Source: a virus. Taken from it: a stretch of DNA of 64,000 nucleotides. Below the pieces are notes generated by a model. The model was not told the origin of the DNA and did no database searches. It saw only the letters and a list, made by a program, of their open reading frames with translations. This document shows, in pieces, positions 52,631-63,004 of the stretch (positions are counted from its first letter, which is position 1; every line of letters starts with the position of its first letter). The position numbers and the translations under genes were made by a program. The stretch is from the IMG/VR virus record IMGVR_UViG_3300042317_001497, one strand, 5' to 3'.

Positions 52631-53944
52631 ATGATTCACGATTTTGATTATGTTTGGGGAATGGTTCGTGATCTTAGAGCTACCAGCAGTACTATTGATA
52701 AGCAGGGTATTATTGAGGACTATTGTAATCATAGCAGTGCCGCTGCTAGTTTTACGAAGAATATTCTGTTGTATACCTATCATCCGTTGTGGCAATACAA
52801 TGTCACTAGCGACAATCTCAAGAAGAAGAATCATCTTGTAGCCAGAAAGAATGAATATAAAAACTTCTTTGATCTTCTTGATGCTCTTAAAAGCAGACAG
52901 ATTACCGGGCATGATGCTATATCTGCTGTTAATAGTTTTATTGAACATTATTCAGAATACGAGGAACTGATTCATTGTATTATTGACAAGGACTTGAAAA
53001 CCCGTGCTGGGGATAAGATTATAAATAAAGCAATCTCAGATCATATTCCGGAGTTTAGTGTGGCTCTTGCTGATAAATACGAGCCTAAAATTGTTGACTG
53101 GAAGGATGGATGGTATGTTAGCAGAAAGATTGACGGTGCTAGATGTATTGCTATTGTTGATGCTAATGGTGATACTACCTTCTATTCCCGCACGGGAAAG
53201 GAATTTGATACTCTTGCTATCGTTAGGGGCGGTATTAAGGCTCTTGGTATTACTAATGTAGTATTGGATGGTGAGCTTTGCCTTGTAGATGATGAGGGCA
53301 ATGAAGATTTTCAAGGAGTTATGAAACAACTTAAAAAGAAAGATCATACTATTCCTAATCCATCTTTTAAGATTTTTGATATGATTAGTCACGATGAATT
53401 CTATAGCAAGAAAGGCGAGAAGAATCGTCCTTATTCTATTCGTTTGGCAAATTTGACAGAGATTATGACTAAGAATGAATGTCCATGTCTCACCCTCCTT
53501 GAACAAGAATTGATTCATAATGATGAGCATTTTCAAGAGTGGGTTAAAGAAGCCTCCGATTATGGTTGGGAAGGAGTTATGCTACGAGCAGACGAACCAT
53601 ATAAAGGTAAGCGATCCAAAGACCTACTCAAAGTTAAAAAGTTTTTTGATGATGAGTATGAAGTAGTTGATACTGAAATGGGTCCATTCCGATATGTTCT
53701 TAATGGAAAAGAGCATGAGGAAACCATGTTAAGTTGTGTAACCATTAAGCATAAAAATTATGATGTTAGAGTAGGGTCTGGCTTTACTATTGAGCAGCGT
53801 CAAGACTTTTATAAGCATCCAAAAAAGATTCTTGGGAAAATCATAACTGTCCAGTATTTTGCTGAGAGCAACAACCAAGAGGGTGGGATTAGTTTGAGAT
53901 TTCCTACTTTTAAAATATTACATGGTGAGTCTAGGGTGGTATAA
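52631..53944 (+). CDS. ATP-dependent DNA ligase
   Basis: Motif I KIDGAR, III LDGEL, IIIa FKIFD, IV EGVMLR, V LLKVK, VI LRFPTF. Confidence 0.95.
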   Translation: MIHDFDYVWGMVRDLRATSSTIDKQGIIEDYCNHSSAAASFTKNILLYTYHPLWQYNVTSDNLKKKNHLVARKNEYKNFFDLLDALKSRQITGHDAISAVNSFIEHYSEYEELIHCIIDKDLKTRAGDKIINKAISDHIPEFSVALADKYEPKIVDWKDGWYVSRKIDGARCIAIVDANGDTTFYSRTGKEFDTLAIVRGGIKALGITNVVLDGELCLVDDEGNEDFQGVMKQLKKKDHTIPNPSFKIFDMISHDEFYSKKGEKNRPYSIRLANLTEIMTKNECPCLTLLEQELIHNDEHFQEWVKEASDYGWEGVMLRADEPYKGKRSKDLLKVKKFFDDEYEVVDTEMGPFRYVLNGKEHEETMLSCVTIKHKNYDVRVGSGFTIEQRQDFYKHPKKILGKIITVQYFAESNNQEGGISLRFPTFKILHGESRVV

Positions 53945-54299
53945 TGAAATATCGTCCTACTAAATCTAGAAGATGGGCAGATCAACGTAGAAATCGTAGA
54001 ATTATCCAAGAATATGGTTTGCAGGAGGCCAAAAGAGTTGGTGCTTTGGATTCCACAAAAGAGCAAAAAAAGAAAGAAAAAGACATAAAGAAACAATTAA
54101 AGATACAAAAAAAACAACAAATTCAATCAGCAAAATCTAAAACAGGACATATGGTTGGCGAGAATTATGCTAAAGAACTATCTAAATTTATAGAAGATGG
54201 GGGCGATCCAAATTCCTGTCCTTTTGATTAGAGCTAATTAATAATGATTATAGAGATAATTAATCTTCTTTAAAAAACTGGAAATAATAGAGAAATATA

Positions 54300-54857
54300 A
54301 TGAATAGAATTCAATTTTTAAAAAATGTTGCTAAACAATTACCGGAAAACCCTATTTGTATAGAAATAGGAGTTTATGATGGATTTTTTGCACAAAAAAT
54401 ATATGAAATTCTAAACCCAACAAAATTATACTTAGTAGATCCTTGGGAAGTTAGTAGTGATAAAAATACTGATCAAAAAACATATAGTGGACCATTATCT
54501 CATTTAAATACAGCATATAGTACAAATAATGAATACTTAAAAGTATCTCAATTATTTAAACAACACATAATTGATGAAAAAATAATCTTAAAAAAGGGAT
54601 TTTCTTATGATGTTGTAAATGATTTTTCAGATCAATATTTTGATTTTATTTATATTGATGCTACTCATATATATGAATGTGTCAAAGCTGATTTGAATAT
54701 GTATTTTCCAAAATTAAAAAAGACAGGATTAATATGTGGACACGATTATATTAATCATCCTAGTTTTAGTGTTATTCCAGCAGTTGATGAATTTGTCAAA
54801 CAAAATAACAGTAGAATAATTTTTCTCTCAAACGAGGGAGATTTTGCAATTCAATAA
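54300..54857 (+). CDS. Class I SAM methyltransferase (Methyltransf_24-like)
   Basis: IEIGVYDG, LVDPW, FIYIDATH, ICGHDY. Confidence 0.88.
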   Translation: MNRIQFLKNVAKQLPENPICIEIGVYDGFFAQKIYEILNPTKLYLVDPWEVSSDKNTDQKTYSGPLSHLNTAYSTNNEYLKVSQLFKQHIIDEKIILKKGFSYDVVNDFSDQYFDFIYIDATHIYECVKADLNMYFPKLKKTGLICGHDYINHPSFSVIPAVDEFVKQNNSRIIFLSNEGDFAIQ

Positions 54858-54985
54858 TATATTGAAACTATATTGCAATGAGGTTTTCAAAAATTGGATA
54901 AAACCTAAAGTAGCGTGGCTTGACAAGCCGATAACACTAATGTAGAATCGTAGCATACCTGTTGGAAACACTTTTTGGAGATACT

Positions 54986-55684
54986 ATGAGCGAAACAGTG
55001 CTTGAGAAGAAACCTGTTGTAATGAGTACGTCTAAGGCTGACGAGTTTTTTAAGAACTTTCCTAAAGATAAGGTAGTGTCCTATAAGGACTATTGGGAAA
55101 GCGTTCGTCCACAAAATAATGACGATATTTTCCGCCGCTACCTCTTTGCCTATTGCAGCGTTCATACTACTTGGCAGGGTAATGTTAAGGGTTATAACGC
55201 TATCAAGAATTTTAGCGAATGGGTAGATAGCAAAGAAATTCTTTTGGAAAAACTCCACAAGAGCGGAGTCGGGCTGCACAATAATCGTACTAATTATATC
55301 TGGGATTTCAGTACCAAGTTTTGGGCCAATCCTAAAGATTTTTATCTCACCACTAAGAAGTATCACGTTAAGAAGCGAGACAGTATTCTAAATAAGATTA
55401 GCGGTATTGGTTTGGCTAAGATTAGCTTTGCTCTGGAAATGATTCATCCTAATGAGGCTAGGATTTTGTGTGGAGATATTCACCAGTTGAGACTTTACGA
55501 TGTGGAGTCTCTGAAATATAATAAGAGCAAAGCAGGATCAACTATTTATAAAAAGATGGAGCGTCACTGGATGATTAACTGTGGCAAATTGAAAGTCCCA
55601 TCTTATGTAGCAAGGTCGATCTATTGGGATGCTCTTCAAAAGAAAGAAGATAGCCGTTACTGGAGTTATGTTCTGGAGAATTAA
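54986..55684 (+). CDS. HhH-GPD-like DNA glycosylase candidate
   Basis: GVGLHNNRTNYI, HhH ISGIGLAKISFAL, GDIH; own promoter at 54920. Confidence 0.6.
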   Translation: MSETVLEKKPVVMSTSKADEFFKNFPKDKVVSYKDYWESVRPQNNDDIFRRYLFAYCSVHTTWQGNVKGYNAIKNFSEWVDSKEILLEKLHKSGVGLHNNRTNYIWDFSTKFWANPKDFYLTTKKYHVKKRDSILNKISGIGLAKISFALEMIHPNEARILCGDIHQLRLYDVESLKYNKSKAGSTIYKKMERHWMINCGKLKVPSYVARSIYWDALQKKEDSRYWSYVLEN

Positions 55685-56600
55685 GAATGTCTAATGGAAA
55701 AGGTTCAAAAAGACGAGTTAGTTTAGTCTCTCAAGATACTTGGAACAAAAATTACGAAAGAATTTTTAGAAAGAAGAAGCATGGGAAGCGTAACAAATCT
55801 AAAAGAAAATAAGACTATTTTTATTCCTTGTGGTTGTAGAAGTGAAATTTTAGTTATTGAATATGATCATGAAATTGGGGCTGCTGATTTTGCTATTTAT
55901 GAAAATCTAACATCCTATAAACACAAGATGTCATTTTGGCAGCGTTTAAGGTATTGTTACCAAGTTTTAGTTCATAAAAAGCCTTATGCTGATCAAATAT
56001 TCTTAGATAATAAACAACTTTTGGATTTAAAAAACTTTTTGTACAGACTTAATCTAAATTTATAATGGTGTATATTTTGTTAGCCATTTACCACAGGAGG
56101 TTACTATGGTAGTCAAGAGTATGAACAGTTATGTTGCTGATGAACTTGCTAATAAAGTTAAACATCTACAGCTTGCTCTAGACCAAGCAAAAAATATCAT
56201 AAGTATGCTTGAAACTGAAAATGATAGACTAAAAGACGTTCTTAATGGCCTAACGTCAGAAAATAACGAAGGTTATATGCTTCACAGTGAGGCTTTTAAT
56301 GAGCCGGTGTACTCAGTCTAATAAGGGTAAAAATACCAGAATAATCACACAAATAGGCGAAAAAGAATATTTGGTAGAAGGAGAAAGCGAGTGGGCTAGA
56401 TTTGGTTGTCAAAACGATCCTTCTGTTATAACTTCAGCTAATCTAGATGGTGGTCCGTTTTTATTGGTTGGAGATTCTTTTTTGGGTAAAGGACAAATTA
56501 AATCAATACAAAATATTGAGAGTAATAGAGATGGATATTTAATAATTAAAATTACTCTGCACTCCCCAAAAGAAAATAATACTTAATAAAGGATTTACTT

Positions 56601-56786
56601 ATGAGCAAGTTTCATAAAAGCAATAAAAACAGAACCTTTTTAGGGGTTTGTGGTGGCTTGTCTGAATCCACCGGAATAGATGTATCTTTGATTAGGATTG
56701 GTTTTATTTTAGGAACTATTTTTAGCGGTAGTATTCTGTTATGGATTTATCTATTATTGGCACTGGTGCTACCAACTGAGGACTGA
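56601..56786 (+). CDS. PspC domain protein
   Basis: KSNKNRTFLGVCGGLSESTGIDVSLIR...YLLLALVLP. Confidence 0.88.
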   Translation: MSKFHKSNKNRTFLGVCGGLSESTGIDVSLIRIGFILGTIFSGSILLWIYLLLALVLPTED

Positions 56787-57025
56787 TCGACAATAGACTC
56801 TAATCTAGCTTATAGGACAGACTTTAAAAATTGAGAGAGCGGTTGCCTTGTTCTGTTCTTTTAAAAAAGATTTGCGAATAATTCTGACAGAACCGAAAAA
56901 AAATCAAGGATACCCATTGACAATGCCGATAAGGTGTTGTACAATCAAAAAGACAACGAGAGGTAATATCAATCATGCGATTGAGCCTCAAGTTGAAAGA
57001 TTGGATAGGAATTTGGAGGTTTATT

Positions 57026-57310
57026 ATGACTGAAGTTACTACTACTGCTGATAAGCAGACCCGTGTTCGTTGTTCTGATGAGCAGTTTCTTGAGGCAGTT
57101 TTTTCTAGCAAGACCTATGCTGAGATTGCGTCAAAGACTGGTCAGAAGATTGCTAGTACGATGGCACGATATGCTCGTACAAAGGCGGCTCTGTCTAAGA
57201 AGGGTGTTGAACTTCCCGCTATGGAGCGTCAGAAGCCTGTTAAGACGGTTGATAATGTTGAGGCTATGGCAGACATTGTTCGTCGCCTCAAGGCTCATAC
57301 TAACGGCTGA
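57026..57310 (+). CDS. Hypothetical DNA-binding protein (HTH-like)
   Basis: SKTYAEIASKTGQK; GGAGG RBS; promoter at 56917. Confidence 0.6.
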   Translation: MTEVTTTADKQTRVRCSDEQFLEAVFSSKTYAEIASKTGQKIASTMARYARTKAALSKKGVELPAMERQKPVKTVDNVEAMADIVRRLKAHTNG

Positions 57311-57417
57311 GTTTAGTTTAAGCCAAATGCTTCCAACTACATCACTCATAAATATTGTTAGAGACAACATAGACAAAATCTAACTAATTGTTATGATATG
57401 TAGTTCGGAAGTGTTAT

Positions 57418-57692
57418 GGGAGCATAGCCCAATTAGGCAGAGGCAATGGACTTTTTTCGTTAAATTGAGTGCTTAAAGAGAAATTTTTAAAGTAGAACCT
57501 GTCAAATTCGGTGAAGGCTTAACTGCTAATACCGAGCCAAGCATAGTAATATGAAGGTGTAGAGACTTGACGGCAGGAACCTAAAGTGAAAACTATGGTT
57601 AAGGTAAAGTCCAGACTACAAACAGTAATGGTAACGAAAGTTATAGTAGTACGAAAATCCATACAGTGAGGGTTCGATCCCCTCTGCTCCTA
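57418..57692 (+). tRNA. tRNA-Leu(TAA) split by an intron; exons 57418-57453 and 57654-57692
   Basis: Spliced loop ATGGA-CTTAAAA-TCCAT; acceptor GGGAGCA/TGCTCCT; T-arm GAGGG-TTCGATC-CCCTC. Confidence 0.88.
57454..57653 (+). mobile_element. Group I intron (IC3-like, 200 nt, no ORF)
   Basis: P AAATTCGGTGAA, Q AATACCGAGC, R GTGTAGAGACTTGACGG, S AAGGTAAAGTCCA; 5' exon ends in U, intron ends in G. Confidence 0.9.
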
Positions 57693-58719
57693 CTGAAAGA
57701 AATTTATGACATTCGACCAATGGATCAATCAAAACGAAGGATTCGGCCCAAGAATTGAGCGAATGTTGGACGATGTAAAAGTTGCAGTTGAACAAGAAAA
57801 AACAGACGATATAATTAAGTGGCTGAAAGCTGCTTATATTATGGGTCATGAACAAGGATATGATGCTGGATATTATGATTGTTCTGATGAAGAAGATCTC
57901 TAAATAAAAGGAAAACTATGAGCAAAAATGTTCTAGAATTATATAAGATTGGGAGCAAGGTTAAGCTGGCAGATGATGTTTATGGTACAATTGTTAGTAT
58001 TAATATTCATGGAGATAATAATATTACATATGAGTGTGGATGGTGGAATAGTCGCTCATACTCAACCCACTCTTTTGCTCCAAACGAAATAGAAGTTACA
58101 ATTAGTGATAAAACAAGAATAGGTTTTGTATGATGATGCCTTCTGATAACGAAAAGAATTCTAATCCTTTGGATACTCTTATTGATTTTGCTTGGTCAAG
58201 TGGTGCTGATATTTTTTGGGTTAATAATGCTAAGGATGAACTTAAAAAACTCAAAAAAGAACTAGAGTGTTATAGAAAGTCTTTTGAGACTCCAGTTGCT
58301 TGGGCTAAAACTAATAAGCATAATGATTTATTTGATTTGCGAATTCAGAATAATCCTTATATAAATCAAGATATTGTTGTTCCATTATATAGGAAATCTC
58401 ATGATAGCCAAAAATAGATTTTATCAAGGATATTGTTTGAATACTGGCAATAATTCATCTCACCTTAGACTTTATAAAATTGAGACAGAAAGGGAGATTA
58501 GTGACTATGAAGGTGGTACTGTTATTGAGAGTATTAAAAGCGTAGAAGATTATTGGGACGATACTGAAACTGTTGGTGAGCCGTTCTATACAATTTATGG
58601 TTCGTTCAAAATTGATTTTGTACAATCTTCATTAAAAATCGCTAGTACAGATTCTTTGCAAGAAGCGATAAGCTTAGTCGAACATCTTTCTGGAAATAAA
58701 ATTTCTGAAAATTATTATA

Positions 58720-59238
58720 ATGGCTAACTACCTAATTGATAATGACTCTTGGTTTAAAGAGGGAGGATATGCTCAATTATATCCAATATTAAATTATGAT
58801 AACTTAGCTTTTAAAGAATTTCCATCCAAGAAAAAAGCCGACTATGCTAGAAAAATTCAGTATGAATTATCTATATTTGATTTGGCCCCCAAGGTAATAA
58901 GTAAAACTATAAAATTAGAATACGCTAAATCTATAGAAGGATATATTCCCGAACAAAGCGAATGGGGATATATTACTGAACTAGCACAACACGGGACGGT
59001 ATCTAGTGTACGAATACAGAACCTAGTTAATAAGATTTTTTTAAAAACTAGACTAAAATTCTGGGATTGTCATTATTCAAATATCGGATATATTAAAAGA
59101 CGAGGGAAGTCTAAAGTAGTTTGCATTGATACTGGGAAAGAAAGTTTTGATGGTCGTGCAAATGCTTGGGGAAATCCCGATCCCGGCCCAAAATGTAGTT
59201 ATTGTTTTAAATATGAATGTAATTGTATAGACTTATAA
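58720..59238 (+). CDS. Protein-kinase-like fold protein
   Basis: EGGYAQLY (Gly-loop-like), AFKEF (VAIK-like), DCHYSNIG (catalytic loop), CIDTG (DFG-like). Confidence 0.68.
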   Translation: MANYLIDNDSWFKEGGYAQLYPILNYDNLAFKEFPSKKKADYARKIQYELSIFDLAPKVISKTIKLEYAKSIEGYIPEQSEWGYITELAQHGTVSSVRIQNLVNKIFLKTRLKFWDCHYSNIGYIKRRGKSKVVCIDTGKESFDGRANAWGNPDPGPKCSYCFKYECNCIDL

Positions 59239-59250
59239 TAGGAAAAAAAT

Positions 59251-60156
59251 ATGCCATATATTAATGAAGACGAAAGACTTGAACTAAATAGTGCAATAGA
59301 GGTTTTGTCTAATGTTATACTAAATAGCAAAACTAATCTGAATAATCCTCGTGATTTTAGCCGGTATCTTGGGCGAATAAACTATTGTTTTTCTCGCATC
59401 ATAATGAATGTAATGGGGGACGTATCTTATAGCAAGATTGCTATGGCTACTGGTGTATTAGAGAATATTAAGCAAGAACTGTATCGCAGGGTGGCTGGAG
59501 ATTATGAGGATAAGAAGATTGCTGAAAATGGAGATATAAAAGAGTACAAAAATTTAAATTTTTAAGGATGATATAATGTCAAAAAATATAGATGATGTAA
59601 TAAAAGAAGTAATGAAAAGTAATAAAGAAATTCATAGAGTAGACAATAAACTATCAAAAGACATAGATACTACCCATAGAGAAATACAATCACTAAAGAA
59701 AGAAGTAAAACTAGTATCTGCAAAAATAGACTCTGTACTAGAAATACTTAATACATTAACTATATTTATAGAAGATGCAGAACAAATAATAGACGACGAA
59801 GATATTGATGAAGAATATTCTTCTAATGAGGGATGGATACCAGAAGTAAATAATTGGGAAGATAAAAATACCGATGATGAAGACGAAGAAGATGAGATTC
59901 AGTAATGGCTAGTTTGGCTCTGATAGTAACAATAATCTTTTTTTCTGTGATAATTATAGGACCATTAAGTTACATCTTATCTTTATTTAATTGGATGCCA
60001 AGGTTTTTTGTGTGGATCATGGGATTGCTCTGCATACTTGTTGGATGTATGACGTTTACTTTGCCTGTGGTCTTTTTAAAAGTTTTGGGTCTGATAGACA
60101 TAGCCATAGGCTTTAAAATAATATCAGACAGACAACAAAAGAAAACTGATGCTTGA
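59251..60156 (+). CDS. Hypothetical ORFs (59251-59565, 59576-59905, 59905-60156)
   Basis: ORF track; the third is a membrane protein. Confidence 0.65.
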
Positions 60157-60219
60157 CAAGAGGTTTTGCCGATGGTATACTCTAGCCATCACAGGGAACG
60201 ATAACACTTTTGGAGAAAA

Positions 60220-62910
60220 ATGATGAAGTTGGCAGATAGGACGATTGAGACTCACAGCGTTGGTGTTACGAGCAAGAATCAGTTTAATATTGCTCAAACA
60301 AGCAAAATGTTTAAAATCCTTTCAGATTCTCTTTATTCTGACAAGGTTATGGCTGCAATTCGTGAGCTTTCAACTAATGCTTATGATAGCCACATTTCTG
60401 CTGGTAATAAGAATCCTTTTAAGGTAACTCTGCCCACCGCTGCTAATCCAACTTTTATGGTTAGAGATTACGGTACTGGTCTTAGTCAGGATGATATGGA
60501 GGACTTGTATACAACCTATGGAGCGTCCAACAAGAATGATAGCAATGATTTTGTTGGTTGTCTTGGTCTAGGGTCTAAGAGTCCGTTTGCTTATACCAAG
60601 AGTTTTACGACCGCATCTTATTATAATGGTAAGAAATATACTTATATTGCGGCGATTGATGAGAGTGGTGTTCCTACCCTCAATCTTTTTAATACTTCTA
60701 ATACATCTGAGCCTAATGGTCTTGAGATTAGTTTTGCTGTTAAGCAGCATGACTTCCAAGAATTTACAGATAAGGCTAAGAGAATCTTCCATTATTTCCG
60801 TATGAAACCTATTATTGAGGGTGGTATTGGTGTTAATCTTCAAGACCACAAGTACAGTAATACTAACATCGTTATTAGTGGTGACGGGTGGAGAGTTTGC
60901 CGACTGAATAATGATACTCAATACTATCCTAATAGTTATCATCGTATTGATAGTGGTGTTGTAGCTATCATGGGTAATATTGCGTATCCTGTTCAGACCG
61001 CACAGATTGTGGGTCAAGAAAAGGAAGAGATGCCTGATCATATTCAGAAGTGGAATAGAGCTTTCCAGAAAGCAGATATTGATAGCTGGAAGAGTTTTGT
61101 TAGTGAGATTATCAACTCCGGTCTTTATCTTGAGTTGGATTTTAATATCGGTCAACTTGAGATGGACGTAAGCCGGGAAGGATTGCAGTATACTAAAGAT
61201 GTGATCAAGACCCTTCGTAAAAAGACTCAAGAAATTTATATTGAGATGAAGGAAGAATTCTCCAAGAAAATTCAAACTTCTAAAACTAAAGTAGAAGCCA
61301 TTACTTCATACTATACCATGAACGAACTGGCTGGAGGATGGGGAGTTGGTGCATCTTGGACCGATCCCAAGGGCAAAGATCATCCCATCAATTCTGGTAA
61401 CGATCTGGAATATAAAATTCCGGCTGGCAAGAGTCTGTATGTTTTTAATTACAAGACTGCTGGGTTTCGTTCTCGTCGCATGGTTGCTCTGACTGATAAG
61501 ATTCATCACGAAACTCTTACTGGTAAAGGTTATAGTTATTGGAATAACCAGAAAAAGAAAGGTCAGATGAGTTTCTTTGTGTGTGACGTTAAGGGTGAAG
61601 AGACTGCTAAGAAAATTATTACAAAATATTGTAATACAAATGATTGCTTTGCATACCTCTTGATTGATACTAAGGATCATACAAAAAGCGGAGAAGGTTT
61701 TGATCAACTGATTGAAGATGTTGGGGCTGAAAATCTACTCAAGGTTTCAGACTACAAACATCTGACGCAAAGTTCTGGACCAAGAAAGTCTTACAATAGA
61801 AATTCTAATGGTAGCGTTAGCGATCAAGACGTATTCTTTATTCATGGTTATGATAAGGATAGCAAGCAGATTACCAATCCTTACAACGACGCTACTTGTC
61901 TGAGAATTCTTTCAGAAGAACAACTGGAAGATTTTCTGGAACAAGATGAGATCGTCTATGTTCCTATGCTTCGCTATAAGACTGAACCTGCGTCTGGCTA
62001 TCCACAGATTAATGATATCTCTATTACTCTTAGAGATGAAACGCTCAAGAGTATAGTCAAGGACTTGGTTGGAGATAGTAAGGTTTATGCTATCAAAACA
62101 GCTTTTGCTAAAAAGCTTGAGAAAGACGGATACAATCTTGTTAACTTCAATGACTTTTTGAAGAGACAGCTTAAAGTTGTAGCAGAAAAACATTTTAAGA
62201 ATCTTGCTTCTATCAACAAGCTTGTTGAATATTGTAAGAAGGACTATGCAGAAGATGAGAAGTACACGGGAGGGGGTTATAGATATTATAACCATGGAAC
62301 AACAGATAAGCAGTTTATGTTTCATATTCTGAATATCTTTGGTCTAGATTATGATAGGTTTATTGGCAACAAGACTCTTGTAGATTGTTTGAACAAGACT
62401 ATGCTAACAGAGTTCTTTGCTAATACTGTTCATATGAGTCCTTTTAATATTAGTAAGTTTAAGCAAACAGAATATCTATCTCATATCTCTAAGCTTATGA
62501 AAGAAATTGGCATTGAAGATGTTGACGGTAAGGAGATTCGTAATGCTAATTTGGCCTACAATACCTTGACTCGCATGATCTCCAACTCTTTGTACTCTGG
62601 AGATAATAGTACAAAAGCAGAGGGTTATCTCAAGATTATTCGTGGGACTTCTACTCAAGATATTAAGACATGGAAGATCTCTGAGATTAGGGAAAAGATC
62701 AAAACTGAGGTAGATAAGAATCCTATGCTGAAACTTATTATGGGGAATCATCAAGTATCTGGTAATCTGACAGAACTAAAGCCTAGTCAGAATCCTATTC
62801 TTGAGGATCGTCACTCATACTATGGAAATTCTGCTAAGGATTGGATCCATCAGATGAGTCAGGAGAATATTGATCTGTTAAAGATTCAGTTGAGCAGTTT
62901 GATAAAGTAG
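60220..62910 (+). CDS. rIIA: rIIA-like protein (N-terminal GHKL/HATPase domain)
   Basis: KILSDSLYSDK, IRELSTNAYDSH, VRDYGTG, GCLGLGSKSPFAY; followed by an rIIB-like gene. Confidence 0.88.
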   Translation: MMKLADRTIETHSVGVTSKNQFNIAQTSKMFKILSDSLYSDKVMAAIRELSTNAYDSHISAGNKNPFKVTLPTAANPTFMVRDYGTGLSQDDMEDLYTTYGASNKNDSNDFVGCLGLGSKSPFAYTKSFTTASYYNGKKYTYIAAIDESGVPTLNLFNTSNTSEPNGLEISFAVKQHDFQEFTDKAKRIFHYFRMKPIIEGGIGVNLQDHKYSNTNIVISGDGWRVCRLNNDTQYYPNSYHRIDSGVVAIMGNIAYPVQTAQIVGQEKEEMPDHIQKWNRAFQKADIDSWKSFVSEIINSGLYLELDFNIGQLEMDVSREGLQYTKDVIKTLRKKTQEIYIEMKEEFSKKIQTSKTKVEAITSYYTMNELAGGWGVGASWTDPKGKDHPINSGNDLEYKIPAGKSLYVFNYKTAGFRSRRMVALTDKIHHETLTGKGYSYWNNQKKKGQMSFFVCDVKGEETAKKIITKYCNTNDCFAYLLIDTKDHTKSGEGFDQLIEDVGAENLLKVSDYKHLTQSSGPRKSYNRNSNGSVSDQDVFFIHGYDKDSKQITNPYNDATCLRILSEEQLEDFLEQDEIVYVPMLRYKTEPASGYPQINDISITLRDETLKSIVKDLVGDSKVYAIKTAFAKKLEKDGYNLVNFNDFLKRQLKVVAEKHFKNLASINKLVEYCKKDYAEDEKYTGGGYRYYNHGTTDKQFMFHILNIFGLDYDRFIGNKTLVDCLNKTMLTEFFANTVHMSPFNISKFKQTEYLSHISKLMKEIGIEDVDGKEIRNANLAYNTLTRMISNSLYSGDNSTKAEGYLKIIRGTSTQDIKTWKISEIREKIKTEVDKNPMLKLIMGNHQVSGNLTELKPSQNPILEDRHSYYGNSAKDWIHQMSQENIDLLKIQLSSLIK

Positions 62911-63004
62911 TCAGAAATTGTTCAAGACCCCTTGACAAGCTTGCCGATTAGTGTAAAATGACAGTATCACAGGTATCGAAACTTTAATTTTTAGGAGTTG
63001 GATT

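Larger units (their letters stand above)
8168..62959 (+). promoter_or_regulatory. Family of sigma70-type promoters with GCCGAT(A) in the spacer
   Basis: TTGACA/T-N16-18-TA(G/T)(A/G)AT-like with GCCGAT at 8168, 13515, 15936, 18958, 21020, 22135, 23085, 24337, 37113, 39813, 46383, 48565, 54920, 56917, 60153, 62932. Confidence 0.8.

Noticed and set aside
53036-54096. Minus-strand ORFs over the ligase
   Set aside because: Antisense shadows with I/L/F-rich, non-protein-like composition.
60568-62754. Long minus-strand ORFs (60568-61275, 61306-61707, 61912-62325, 62476-62754)
   Set aside because: Shadow frames of rIIA with no motifs or RBS.
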